Below, piece by piece: positions 9,555 to 18,337 of a stretch of DNA of 55,900 bases. The stretch comes from a virus (taxonomy: Duplodnaviria > Caudoviricetes): the IMG/VR virus record IMGVR_UViG_3300047667_000954, positions 1-55,900 of that record; one strand, given 5' to 3'. Made by a program: the position numbers and the translations under genes. The notes under the pieces are model-generated. The model ran no database searches. It worked only from the letters and a program-made list of their open reading frames with translations, and was not told the origin of the DNA. Position 1 is the stretch's first letter, and each line of letters begins with the position of its first letter.

Positions 9555-9794
9555 ATGGTAACCAAAATTACACCATCTGATGATACATTAGAAAACATCA
9601 TTGAACCAACATTCCAGTCCAAAATGCTAGAATATATGCAAGCTATGGACTGGAAGTTATGGGAACTGCTTAAAATTGAGCAGGCCCGTGCCATTAAAGA
9701 AGATCTTAACCTTAACCAGCTACCTGTTTCGCCATCAGTCAATACGTCAGACTGGCCAGAAGACTTTAGCCCAATCATCATAGAAGAAGAATAA
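9555..9794 (+). CDS. hypothetical protein
   Basis: 79 aa, AGGAG SD, YMQAMDWKLWE motif. Confidence 0.65.
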   Translation: MVTKITPSDDTLENIIEPTFQSKMLEYMQAMDWKLWELLKIEQARAIKEDLNLNQLPVSPSVNTSDWPEDFSPIIIEEE

Positions 9795-10211
9795 ATGCAT
9801 CAACTCAAACTTGTAAAATCCTATATTTGGGTAACCTTCCAAAAAGAAGGTATCCATTTATATCCAGCAGCTAATAACGATCCCTTACTGGCAACTGGAG
9901 ATGAATTCGACGTTAGCTTCTTAGGGTATGCACATCGCCATAACTTTCATTTTAAGGTTGGAATTGAAGTTTTCCATGATGATCGTGACCTGGAATTCAT
10001 ACAATTTAAACGTTGGCTTGAAAAGCTATACGCAGAAGGCACAATCATACTAAACCACAAAAGTTGTGAGATGATTGCTACAGACCTAGCAGAATCCATT
10101 CATGCAAAATATCCTGGCCGCGCCATGGCAATCACAGTTAGCGAAGACGGCGAAAATGGCGCAACACTAAACTTTAGTTCAACATCAACAGATGCCAATA
10201 GCATCGCATAA
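9795..10211 (+). CDS. queD: QueD-like 6-carboxytetrahydropterin synthase (T-fold)
   Basis: EGIH, HRHNFH (HxH), KSCEMIA, VSEDGENGA motifs; clustered with dpdA/folE/queE. Confidence 0.75.
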   Translation: MHQLKLVKSYIWVTFQKEGIHLYPAANNDPLLATGDEFDVSFLGYAHRHNFHFKVGIEVFHDDRDLEFIQFKRWLEKLYAEGTIILNHKSCEMIATDLAESIHAKYPGRAMAITVSEDGENGATLNFSSTSTDANSIA

Positions 10212-10222
10212 GGACAATAATA

Positions 10223-10513
10223 ATGGCAAAAGCAATTAGCCTAAACGATATTAAATTTGATCTACTTAAGATCATTGAACCCTGGGATGGTGTGCTTGAA
10301 TCAACCAACCCGCGCCCAGTGCGCCAATTGTTTATTGCATACCTCAACGACTTACAGCGTGAGAAGATGATTTATGATTTCGCAATTGATACAAGCGAGC
10401 GCCCGGCAGCATTTACATTTGATATAAATGTACGTATGGGGCCTACCCGTAGCCCTAAAAAGCTAAAGATCCATATCAGAGCATTTACACAACCATGGTG
10501 TGATGCTGCATGA
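10223..10513 (+). CDS. hypothetical protein resembling a stand-alone tail-sheath C-terminal domain
   Basis: YLNDLQREKMIYDFAI...FDINVRMGPTRS.KKLKIHI pattern; AAGGA SD. Confidence 0.45.
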   Translation: MAKAISLNDIKFDLLKIIEPWDGVLESTNPRPVRQLFIAYLNDLQREKMIYDFAIDTSERPAAFTFDINVRMGPTRSPKKLKIHIRAFTQPWCDAA

Positions 10514-10541
10514 ATGAAGCTTATATATTTTAGGATTTATT

Positions 10542-12044
10542 ATGAACAAACCACTTATTGACCTGAGTACAGCTAACAAAGACTATGCTGTATTTTTACC
10601 TAGTATTAGCAGTTTTTATGTTAATACTTTGGTACATCCTGACACACGGTCCCCATCAGGATTTGAACTAGGGCTTAACGGATTAGACTTCCTCAAGCCT
10701 ACTGACAACTATTTTAGTTATAAATGGGGACTATACTCTGCTGGTCATGCTAAACTTGACATTGCCAAAAGCAATGCTGAGGAAGTAATGATTCAGCAGC
10801 GTGATCGAAAGAATAGCTTTATCCTTGGTGACTCAGGTGGATTCCAAATTATTACTGGTATCCTGAAATGTGACTGGACAAACTTTTACACAGACGATTC
10901 ACTGCGACATAAGATTCTGGATTGGCTGGAAAATACTGCTGATTATAGTATGGGTCTTGATGTGCCAACTCTAGCCGCTAGTGAGCCATTTAGTTCGCGC
11001 AACGGCATCACAAGCTTCCAGCAATGTCTTGATTATACGAAGTTTAATAATGACTGGTTTGTTAAAAACCGTAAGTATCAGACTAAGTTTTTAAATTCAA
11101 TGCAGGGACGCACTGTTGACGAGGCGAAACATTGGTTTGATGAAGTTAAAGATGTTCCGTTTGACGGGTTTGGCTTTGGTGGATCAACAAGCAAAAACCT
11201 GGTTGTTATGCTCAAGCTTCTGATCTGGATGAGAGATCATGGGCTGATGCAAAAGGGCGAACAAGATTGGTTACACTTCCTTGGTGTAAGTCGCGTTGAG
11301 TATGCAAGCTACTATACCACCATTAAACGTATGCTTCAAGAAACAGTGAACAGTGACATCAATATTAGTTATGATGCGGCAAGTGCATTTATTATGGCTA
11401 CAAAAGGCCAGCACTATGATAACATTGTGCTCAACAACAAAAAGTTTATTGCCAGCAGTTCACCAGTAATTGATGATAAGCGTTATGCAGGATCTGACTT
11501 GGCCATGCCCAACATGAGCCCAATTTATGATCGTCTTACTGCTGGTGACTTGTGTGTTTATGATAATGGAGTGCCAGATTTAGCAGCGCTTGAAGCAGCA
11601 GGTATTGATTTTGATGATGTGTTTACAGACAAAGCACTACTGAATGACCCAACACTTTGGGTTACACAGGGCCGTATGAACAAGATCAACAAGGTTGGCA
11701 AGACTAGCTGGGACACTTCCAGCTACCTGTATGTAATGGCGCATAATGTGTTTAAGACGATTGAAACACTACAACAGGTTAATCAGACTGTTGATTTGAG
11801 CCGTGTTGAAGTAGGTGACTTTGACCACCATGACTTTACCACAATGGCAGCACGTAAAGGCAGACTGGATATTAGTCAATATGCCCCAACCAACATCATC
11901 GTCACAAACAAGATCATTGAAGAAGTGTTTAGAAGTGAAACACCAATGGACGTGATTGACGGTGCAGCACAGTATTTGGATAGCCAGAGTATTGTCAAGG
12001 GTTATCGTGATACTAAAAACACATTTAAAAACTTATTTGAATAA
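10542..12044 (+). CDS. dpdA: DpdA-like DNA 7-deazaguanine transglycosylase (TGT fold)
   Basis: TGT motifs GDSGGFQI, LDVP, MQG, GFGFGG, HFLG, SYDAAS; neighbours queD/folE/queE. Confidence 0.75.
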   Translation: MNKPLIDLSTANKDYAVFLPSISSFYVNTLVHPDTRSPSGFELGLNGLDFLKPTDNYFSYKWGLYSAGHAKLDIAKSNAEEVMIQQRDRKNSFILGDSGGFQIITGILKCDWTNFYTDDSLRHKILDWLENTADYSMGLDVPTLAASEPFSSRNGITSFQQCLDYTKFNNDWFVKNRKYQTKFLNSMQGRTVDEAKHWFDEVKDVPFDGFGFGGSTSKNLVVMLKLLIWMRDHGLMQKGEQDWLHFLGVSRVEYASYYTTIKRMLQETVNSDINISYDAASAFIMATKGQHYDNIVLNNKKFIASSSPVIDDKRYAGSDLAMPNMSPIYDRLTAGDLCVYDNGVPDLAALEAAGIDFDDVFTDKALLNDPTLWVTQGRMNKINKVGKTSWDTSSYLYVMAHNVFKTIETLQQVNQTVDLSRVEVGDFDHHDFTTMAARKGRLDISQYAPTNIIVTNKIIEEVFRSETPMDVIDGAAQYLDSQSIVKGYRDTKNTFKNLFE

Positions 12045-12053
12045 GGAAATACC

Positions 12054-12866
12054 ATGAAGATTGTCGTAACATCAGGTGGATTTGATCCTGTGCATAGCGG
12101 GCATATTAAACTGTTTACAGCGGCCAAAAGTCTGGGAGATGTTTTACTTGTAGGTGTGAATAGCAATGAATGGCTGACCCGTAAGAAAGGACAGCCATTC
12201 ATGCCCTTTGCTGAGCGGCTAAATATTGTTAATAGCATGACATGTGTGCATGACGCATTTGGATTTGATGATAGTGATGGTAGCGCAAGTGACGCAATAC
12301 GCATATGTCGGTGGCGCTATCCAGAAGCACATATTATATTTGCAAATGGTGGTGATCGGACTGAAGGTAATATTCCAGAAATGGTTGATTATATAGGGCA
12401 AGATCAAGTTAGCTTTGAATTTGGTGTGGGCGGTAATGATAAATCTAATAGCTCTAGCTGGATACTAAGTGAATGGAAGAGTCCCAGAACCCAACGGCCG
12501 TGGGGATATTACCGCAATCTGCATCAGGACGGTCCCAACACTCGTGTGAAAGAGCTAGCAGTTAATCCTGGTGCAAAGTTGAGTATGCAACGGCATAGGT
12601 TGCGCAGCGAACACTGGATGGTAACACATGGTAAAGCTACTGTATTACTAGCACATACCAATCAGCAACTGATAGCACCTGACGCTCTACTACTGGGCAC
12701 ACACGATAGCTTGGACATTCCAGTTGGCACCTGGCACCAACTAATAAACGACACAGACGACGTAGTTAGAATTACTGAAATTCAATACGGCGAAAACTGT
12801 ATGGAAGAAGACATTGAACGCATTGGCGTTGATGAAAATTATGGAGCAAGTTTATATGACAACTAA
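12054..12866 (+). CDS. HxGH cytidylyl/adenylyltransferase fused to a type II PMI-like cupin
   Basis: GGFDPVHSGH, GVNSNEW, FANGGDR, KSNSSS; C-terminal RPWGYY, LSMQRH..RSEHW, WHQL, EIQYG..EEDIER. Confidence 0.85.
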   Translation: MKIVVTSGGFDPVHSGHIKLFTAAKSLGDVLLVGVNSNEWLTRKKGQPFMPFAERLNIVNSMTCVHDAFGFDDSDGSASDAIRICRWRYPEAHIIFANGGDRTEGNIPEMVDYIGQDQVSFEFGVGGNDKSNSSSWILSEWKSPRTQRPWGYYRNLHQDGPNTRVKELAVNPGAKLSMQRHRLRSEHWMVTHGKATVLLAHTNQQLIAPDALLLGTHDSLDIPVGTWHQLINDTDDVVRITEIQYGENCMEEDIERIGVDENYGASLYDN

Positions 12867-13386
12867 TATTATTACTACATCTAAAGACGAATGGGCACAA
12901 TCAGTACAGAGTAGACCTACGATTGACGGTATGGACCATAGTAATTGGCCCAATACTTCTACGGACCCCTGTTATTTTATGACAGCGCCTTCTGGCTTAT
13001 TCGATGGCAAGGTCATTGTATCAAAGACACATAAGTTTGATTCGGTAGATGAGGTCAACACACTATTTGCAAATAAAAATATTGCACTATATGAGATGTG
13101 GTTTACAGATTCTCTCTGCAATAATATTTTTGTTAGGTACGCTGACATTTCAACAGAACACGACACCATTCCATTGACTGATTTTTTAGCAGATTTCAAA
13201 GATGCAACTGAAACTGACAGCTCATCTAGATTTACACACGCAACAAAAGAAGGTATTACTGCCCAAATTGCAGAGTTTGATGATGACGATATTGCTATAC
13301 TAATCTTTTTTAGTCCCCATACTCCCGTAACCACGTTTAGACTTGAGAAGTCCGTATATTTCAAAGGAATGATATATGGCAAGTAA
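12856..13386 (+). CDS. hypothetical protein
   Basis: ORF overlapping both neighbours; GGAG SD before ATG 12856. Confidence 0.55.
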   Translation: MTTNIITTSKDEWAQSVQSRPTIDGMDHSNWPNTSTDPCYFMTAPSGLFDGKVIVSKTHKFDSVDEVNTLFANKNIALYEMWFTDSLCNNIFVRYADISTEHDTIPLTDFLADFKDATETDSSSRFTHATKEGITAQIAEFDDDDIAILIFFSPHTPVTTFRLEKSVYFKGMIYGK

Positions 13387-14431
13387 AATTATCATCTTTG
13401 CCCTTGAACCACTTGACAATCGATACACAAAGCAATGGTTCACAGAGATTCCAACACAACTTGAGGCACAAAATGCAGATGTAATGACTGTGATGGGCAA
13501 GCAACGATCATCTACAACAACAGCAGGTGCGTTTTTAGACTTTGCTGACACAAATCACTGGAAAAGTTCGCAGCTTTGCGATTTTGTTCTGGCATTGGAG
13601 CAGGGGCAGGTGCCTGATGATGCTACTATTTTGTTTACAGATTTTTGGAATCCAGCACTTATCCAAGTTGCATATATGCGTGACTTACTGGGCAAACAAT
13701 GGAAGATCCATGGCATCGCCCATGCTGGAGCATATGATCCCAGTGATATTCTTGGCTTAAAAATGCGACCTGAATGGCCCAAGCATTTTGAAAGATCGCT
13801 ATTCTACGCTAGTGATGTAACATACTTTGCCAGTGAATTTCATCGCACAATGTTCTTGCAAAATCTTGATATTAATGTAAAATATCATGACAGGGCTGTA
13901 TTAAGTGGGCAACCACACAGTGCAATTATTTCGCACATGGCAGGCATTACTGTACCAGAAAACAAGTCACGTCAGGTGATTTGGCCACATCGTTACAACG
14001 AGGACAAGCAACCTGAAATTGCTGAGGACCTTGCCAACGACTTTGATATGGTAATCACACAGAAGCTGGATCTTAGCAAAGATGAGTTTTATCGTACAAT
14101 GGCAGACACTACGGTGCTGTTTAGTTGCGCGTTGCATGAAAATTTGGGTATCAGTGTTATGGAAGGTGTGCTTATTGGTGCAATTCCGTTGTTACCAGAT
14201 CGTTGCAGCTATGCAGAAATGTATCTACCGGAATTTAAGTATCCAAGCATTTGGACAGAAAGTTATGAAAATTTCATAGCTTATCGTCCTGAATTGGTAA
14301 ATCGTCTAAATAGTATACTAGCCGATCCTACAGCTTATGCAGAATTAATGCAACAGCAAAAAGATATTCTAATCTCTAACTACCTGTCAGCTGACGAAAT
14401 GATCGGCCGCCTAACAGGTTCAAGTCAATAA
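13376..14431 (+). CDS. GT-B (GT4-like) glycosyltransferase in the deazaguanine cluster
   Basis: HAGAYDPSD, WPHRYNEDKQPE, ENLGISVMEG (Ex7E), PDRCSYAEM. Confidence 0.8.
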   Translation: MASKIIIFALEPLDNRYTKQWFTEIPTQLEAQNADVMTVMGKQRSSTTTAGAFLDFADTNHWKSSQLCDFVLALEQGQVPDDATILFTDFWNPALIQVAYMRDLLGKQWKIHGIAHAGAYDPSDILGLKMRPEWPKHFERSLFYASDVTYFASEFHRTMFLQNLDINVKYHDRAVLSGQPHSAIISHMAGITVPENKSRQVIWPHRYNEDKQPEIAEDLANDFDMVITQKLDLSKDEFYRTMADTTVLFSCALHENLGISVMEGVLIGAIPLLPDRCSYAEMYLPEFKYPSIWTESYENFIAYRPELVNRLNSILADPTAYAELMQQQKDILISNYLSADEMIGRLTGSSQ

Positions 14432-14444
14432 AGGACAAACTGTT

Positions 14445-15140
14445 ATGAAAAAATCACAAGAAATTATTAAACGACTACAAGATTCTAACGTACGATACTG
14501 GGCAGGAGATAATATCTTCGAAGTATTGGAAGATGGTGATAAGGAACAACTCATTGATGAAGCTACTGCCGCTTTTGAGAATGTACTTGACTCCTTGATT
14601 ATTGATAGACATAATGATCCAAACTCAAAGGACACTGGCAGACGTTTGGCAAAAATGTATTATAATGAAATTATGAGCGGGCGTTATGACAAAATTCCTG
14701 ATGCCACTGCGTTCCCCAATACTGGCGAAGATTGCTACACTGGTATGTTGGTTGTCCGTTCAGAGCTAAAGAGTATGTGCTCTCATCACCACCAACCAGT
14801 AACTGGTGTTGCGTATATAGGTATTATTGCAGCAGAGCAATTAATTGGCCTATCAAAGTATACTCGTATTGCCCAATGGTGCTCATTACGCGGTACGTTG
14901 CAAGAAGAACTAGCCAACGATATTGCACGTGAAATAAAGAAGGCCACAGGCGCGGTAGACATAGGCGTTCACATTGGGGCTGAACATGGGTGCTGCACTA
15001 ATAGAGGCATCATGGCACAAAGCAGTTTAACACAGACAACTGTACTCAAAGGCAGATTTATGGAAGACGCCAGCACCAAGAAGGAGTTTTTCGACAACAT
15101 CAAACTACAACAGACGTCTGGCGGACGTGGTGTTTATTAA
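14445..15140 (+). CDS. folE: GTP cyclohydrolase I
   Basis: SMCSHH, GLSKYTR, LQEEL, HGCCTNRG Zn-binding motifs. Confidence 0.93.
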   Translation: MKKSQEIIKRLQDSNVRYWAGDNIFEVLEDGDKEQLIDEATAAFENVLDSLIIDRHNDPNSKDTGRRLAKMYYNEIMSGRYDKIPDATAFPNTGEDCYTGMLVVRSELKSMCSHHHQPVTGVAYIGIIAAEQLIGLSKYTRIAQWCSLRGTLQEELANDIAREIKKATGAVDIGVHIGAEHGCCTNRGIMAQSSLTQTTVLKGRFMEDASTKKEFFDNIKLQQTSGGRGVY

Positions 15141-15152
15141 AGGAATAACAAC

Positions 15153-15368
15153 ATGAGAACAGCACTAACATCAACGACTAAAATATCAGATGTAGAAAGT
15201 AACGAGATTGCAGATATTCACGCCCAGATTGACCAATTAATTGTGCAATTTACAGCAATAGTTGAGAAAATACAACATATTGAAACCACTGTTGCTGCAA
15301 TACGAGAAGATGCCAGACAGGATATGGTTAATATGCAGGATGCTCGCGCTAATGCCAGGAACACTTAA
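15153..15368 (+). CDS. hypothetical coiled-coil protein
   Basis: 71 aa, AAGGA SD, heptad pattern. Confidence 0.55.
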   Translation: MRTALTSTTKISDVESNEIADIHAQIDQLIVQFTAIVEKIQHIETTVAAIREDARQDMVNMQDARANARNT

Positions 15369-15903
15369 AACATTTACCGGCCCAATGTACGCCGGTAAAA
15401 CTTCTGCTATATTAGAGAAAATACTTTGGATTAAACATTGCAATAACAACGTATTAGTAATTAAACCACAAATTGATAGCAGATATAGTCAAGACCATAT
15501 TGCAACGCATAATCGTCTAGTTTTCCCCTGCTTTGCAATGAAAGACTGGAAACACGTACTTGACAACTACAATTTAAAGCTGTACAATTACCACACAGTA
15601 GTTATAGACGAAGTACAATTCATGCATGTAAAGGATACATTGGATGTTGTGACAGATTTGCTAGTTCAGGGTATTAACGTAATAGCTGCAGGACTCAATC
15701 AGGATAGCAGGGGCATACCATTTGAAACAACTGCAATGTTACTTGCAATGAGTGATGAAATTACGTTAATTCAGTCTGTGTGCAATACATGTGGGCAACC
15801 AGCAACAAAGACACAACGCATTGACCAGACTGACTCCAGGGTCGTGGTGGGCAGTGTGGGTATGTACGAACCAAGATGTTTATTACATTGGACTCCGAAA
15901 TGA
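15352..15903 (+). CDS. tdk: thymidine kinase (type II)
   Basis: GPMYAGKT P-loop, KPQIDSRY, IDEVQF, AGLNQD, CxxC, YEPRC. Confidence 0.92.
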   Translation: MPGTLKTFTGPMYAGKTSAILEKILWIKHCNNNVLVIKPQIDSRYSQDHIATHNRLVFPCFAMKDWKHVLDNYNLKLYNYHTVVIDEVQFMHVKDTLDVVTDLLVQGINVIAAGLNQDSRGIPFETTAMLLAMSDEITLIQSVCNTCGQPATKTQRIDQTDSRVVVGSVGMYEPRCLLHWTPK

Positions 15904-16052
15904 CTGATCAAGACTCCCTTAAACAATACGCGCGCTGGATCATGATGCTCATGGATGGCGACACACATCATATTGGTGATATGATGTATACGTTGCAGCG
16001 AGATGGATTTATTGACAAAAATGGTGAAATTATTCAAGGACAAGAAGAATGA
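15900..16052 (+). CDS. small hypothetical protein (50 aa, absent from the ORF track)
   Basis: MTDQDSLKQYARW...QGQEE; ATGA overlaps at both ends. Confidence 0.6.
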   Translation: MTDQDSLKQYARWIMMLMDGDTHHIGDMMYTLQRDGFIDKNGEIIQGQEE

Positions 16053-16612
16053 ACAGTGATACAACACCCCAAACGAATGAACTAGACATGACTGCGTACC
16101 AACTGGTGTATGCCCCACATCAAATGCTGGAAACACAGGTGCAGCCATTTATTTTTGATAAACCAGAATATCGACAAGCTGTAAGCTACCACATGCAAAA
16201 TTTGTGTCGTAACCATAAAGGGTTAGGGCTAGCTGCAAACCAGATTAATCTCAATGCTGCGGTGTTTGTGGTTCATGTACAAAAAGATCTGGTTACAATG
16301 TTCAATCCCCAAATCCATGGGGTAAGCGACGATAAAGTGCTAATGAGCGAGGGCTGCTTGAGCGATCCTGGCATGTATCTCAAAGTTAAACGCCCAGATA
16401 TGGTTACAGCAAGCTGGGAAGATGAAACTGGTAAACGTTCACAGGCAACATTATTTGGTATGGATTGTCGAGTCTTTTTGCATGAATATGATCACTTGCA
16501 AGGTATTATGTTTACGGACCGCGTGGGCAATACCAAACTAAAAATGGCGCGAAAAAAGCAAGGCGCAGCCCTTAACAGAGCTGCCCAACGTATCATGGCA
16601 AATATGGCGTGA
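16049..16612 (+). CDS. def: peptide deformylase
   Basis: GLGLAANQI, EGCLS, HEYDHLQG. Confidence 0.93.
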   Translation: MNSDTTPQTNELDMTAYQLVYAPHQMLETQVQPFIFDKPEYRQAVSYHMQNLCRNHKGLGLAANQINLNAAVFVVHVQKDLVTMFNPQIHGVSDDKVLMSEGCLSDPGMYLKVKRPDMVTASWEDETGKRSQATLFGMDCRVFLHEYDHLQGIMFTDRVGNTKLKMARKKQGAALNRAAQRIMANMA

Positions 16613-16630
16613 TTGATTTGAATTATTCCA

Positions 16631-16661
16631 TGTTGTATAATGCTGTATAATGTTGTATAAT
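16631..16661 (+). repeat. 3 x 10-bp tandem repeat TG(T/C)TGTATAA, each creating a TATAAT
   Basis: tgttgtataa tgctgtataa tgttgtataa t; ATG 16667 follows. Confidence 0.8.
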
Positions 16662-16666
16662 AACGC

Positions 16667-16948
16667 ATGATAGATAAAGAATCAGTTAATTCCGTAGCAC
16701 ATTATTTTAAACATCCTTCAGATCCCCATACAATCACTGTGTCGCCTGCAGATAGATATTTACTACAGGACAATGGTTACACATTTGATCATCTGCATGA
16801 TGGTGTATATGAATGGTTTGTGACCGACGCCGGCTTCTCACCAGACTCTTTTGTTATTATCATTGGTAATGGGACGCAGCTGGTGGCCGACGTTACCTTT
16901 GTTAATGATGGTATTGTAATGGCAAAACTACATGGATATATTGACTGA
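16667..16948 (+). CDS. hypothetical protein
   Basis: 93 aa; ends IVMAKLHGYID. Confidence 0.6.
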   Translation: MIDKESVNSVAHYFKHPSDPHTITVSPADRYLLQDNGYTFDHLHDGVYEWFVTDAGFSPDSFVIIIGNGTQLVADVTFVNDGIVMAKLHGYID

Positions 16949-17016
16949 TGTTTTTACACACGTCACAAAAACAAAATCTGCCGCAAGCGCAGTATATTTA
17001 CTAAGGGATTAAAATT

Positions 17017-17925
17017 ATGTTCGGAACTAATGAAATTGTGGGGAAAAAGTATTTCAAAGATGCTGCCCTGGATCAAATGATGGTAACATCAATGTTTATG
17101 ACACTTCAAGGCGAAGGGCCATATCGCGGCGAGCCTGCATTCTTTATCAGACTTGCAAAGTGCAATCTGGACTGTCAATTCTGTGACACATTCTTTGACG
17201 ATGGCGACTGGTTAACATTTGACCAAATTGCGGAACGTATTGAAGAAACAATTGACAAGTTCTATGCAGACCAGGGCATGGACCGTCCTGTTTGGACTAA
17301 TCATACGGTTGGTGTACGTGGAGAATTTGCAGATGATGACATCCAAACTATCCGTAAGAAGATGGTGCTTGTAATGACTGGCGGCGAGCCCATGTTGCAA
17401 GATAATATTAATCCATTCCTCGCACGTATGCAGTCTATCTTTGCAAAGACACAGATTGAAAGCAATGGTACTCAAGCAACTGCAATTCCTGATAGTACAA
17501 CACTTGTATGCTCACCAAAGTGTCTGGAAAAGAAAAAGATTGCAGTGCGTTACTTGAAGCCACGTGTTGAAATCCTTGAACGTGCAGATTGTTTGAAGTT
17601 TGTTATGGAAGCCAATCCAGATAGCCCATATTCAGACATTCCAGACTGGGCGCATGAATGGGCCGAACAGACAGGCAAACAGGTATATATCAGTCCTATG
17701 AATGTGTATAACTCTGTACCACTGGAAAGCAAAAAGTTACGTTTAAATTCAAATAGCACAACACTTGCAGAGCGAAGCACAATTGACGAAGTGGTTAGCT
17801 TTTGGGAGCCTGAGCTACTAGATATGAAGGCAAATCAAATCAATCATGAGTATGCCGCGCAATTTTGTGTAAAGAACGGATTTATTCTTAATTTACAGAT
17901 TCATCTATATGCCTCACTTGCATAA
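17017..17925 (+). CDS. queE: 7-carboxy-7-deazaguanine synthase (radical SAM)
   Basis: TLQGEG..GEPAFFIRLAKCNLDCQFCDT, TGGEP, IESNGT, CSPK, LQIH. Confidence 0.9.
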   Translation: MFGTNEIVGKKYFKDAALDQMMVTSMFMTLQGEGPYRGEPAFFIRLAKCNLDCQFCDTFFDDGDWLTFDQIAERIEETIDKFYADQGMDRPVWTNHTVGVRGEFADDDIQTIRKKMVLVMTGGEPMLQDNINPFLARMQSIFAKTQIESNGTQATAIPDSTTLVCSPKCLEKKKIAVRYLKPRVEILERADCLKFVMEANPDSPYSDIPDWAHEWAEQTGKQVYISPMNVYNSVPLESKKLRLNSNSTTLAERSTIDEVVSFWEPELLDMKANQINHEYAAQFCVKNGFILNLQIHLYASLA

Positions 17926-17947
17926 TAACAATTAAAGGAAACAAATT

Positions 17948-18157
17948 ATGACCAAAACTCCAAAAATAGATGTAAAACCATCAGCACAAAGTATGAAAAC
18001 GGGGCAATTAACTGACGAAGAGTTTGGGGATGACATCGCTTATTTTCAGGAGAAGTTAGATAACCTAAACAAAGACGTAGCGATTACTGAAAAGCAGCTT
18101 GTATTGCTCAAGGACGCTGCGATAGTTTACCGCCTCCACAGTAACAGCAGAATTTAA
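17948..18157 (+). CDS. hypothetical coiled-coil protein
   Basis: 69 aa, AAGGA SD. Confidence 0.55.
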   Translation: MTKTPKIDVKPSAQSMKTGQLTDEEFGDDIAYFQEKLDNLNKDVAITEKQLVLLKDAAIVYRLHSNSRI

Positions 18158-18169
18158 TAAAGGAAACGA

Positions 18170-18337
18170 ATGACAATTGTTTTTACAGAAATGAAGAAGA
18201 AAGAGCCTGAGCTGCTTTGCATGGAAATAATTGCCTCGGCAATTCGTTCAATGCAGCGATCACCTGATTATTTACAGCTAGTCTCAGATTATAGCTATAG
18301 CTTAGGCAAAGTAAGAGTACTATCGGAGAAAAAATGA
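18170..18337 (+). CDS. small hypothetical protein (55 aa, absent from the ORF track)
   Basis: AAGGA SD, MTIVFTEMKKKEPE..., ATGA overlap with metK. Confidence 0.55.
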   Translation: MTIVFTEMKKKEPELLCMEIIASAIRSMQRSPDYLQLVSDYSYSLGKVRVLSEKK

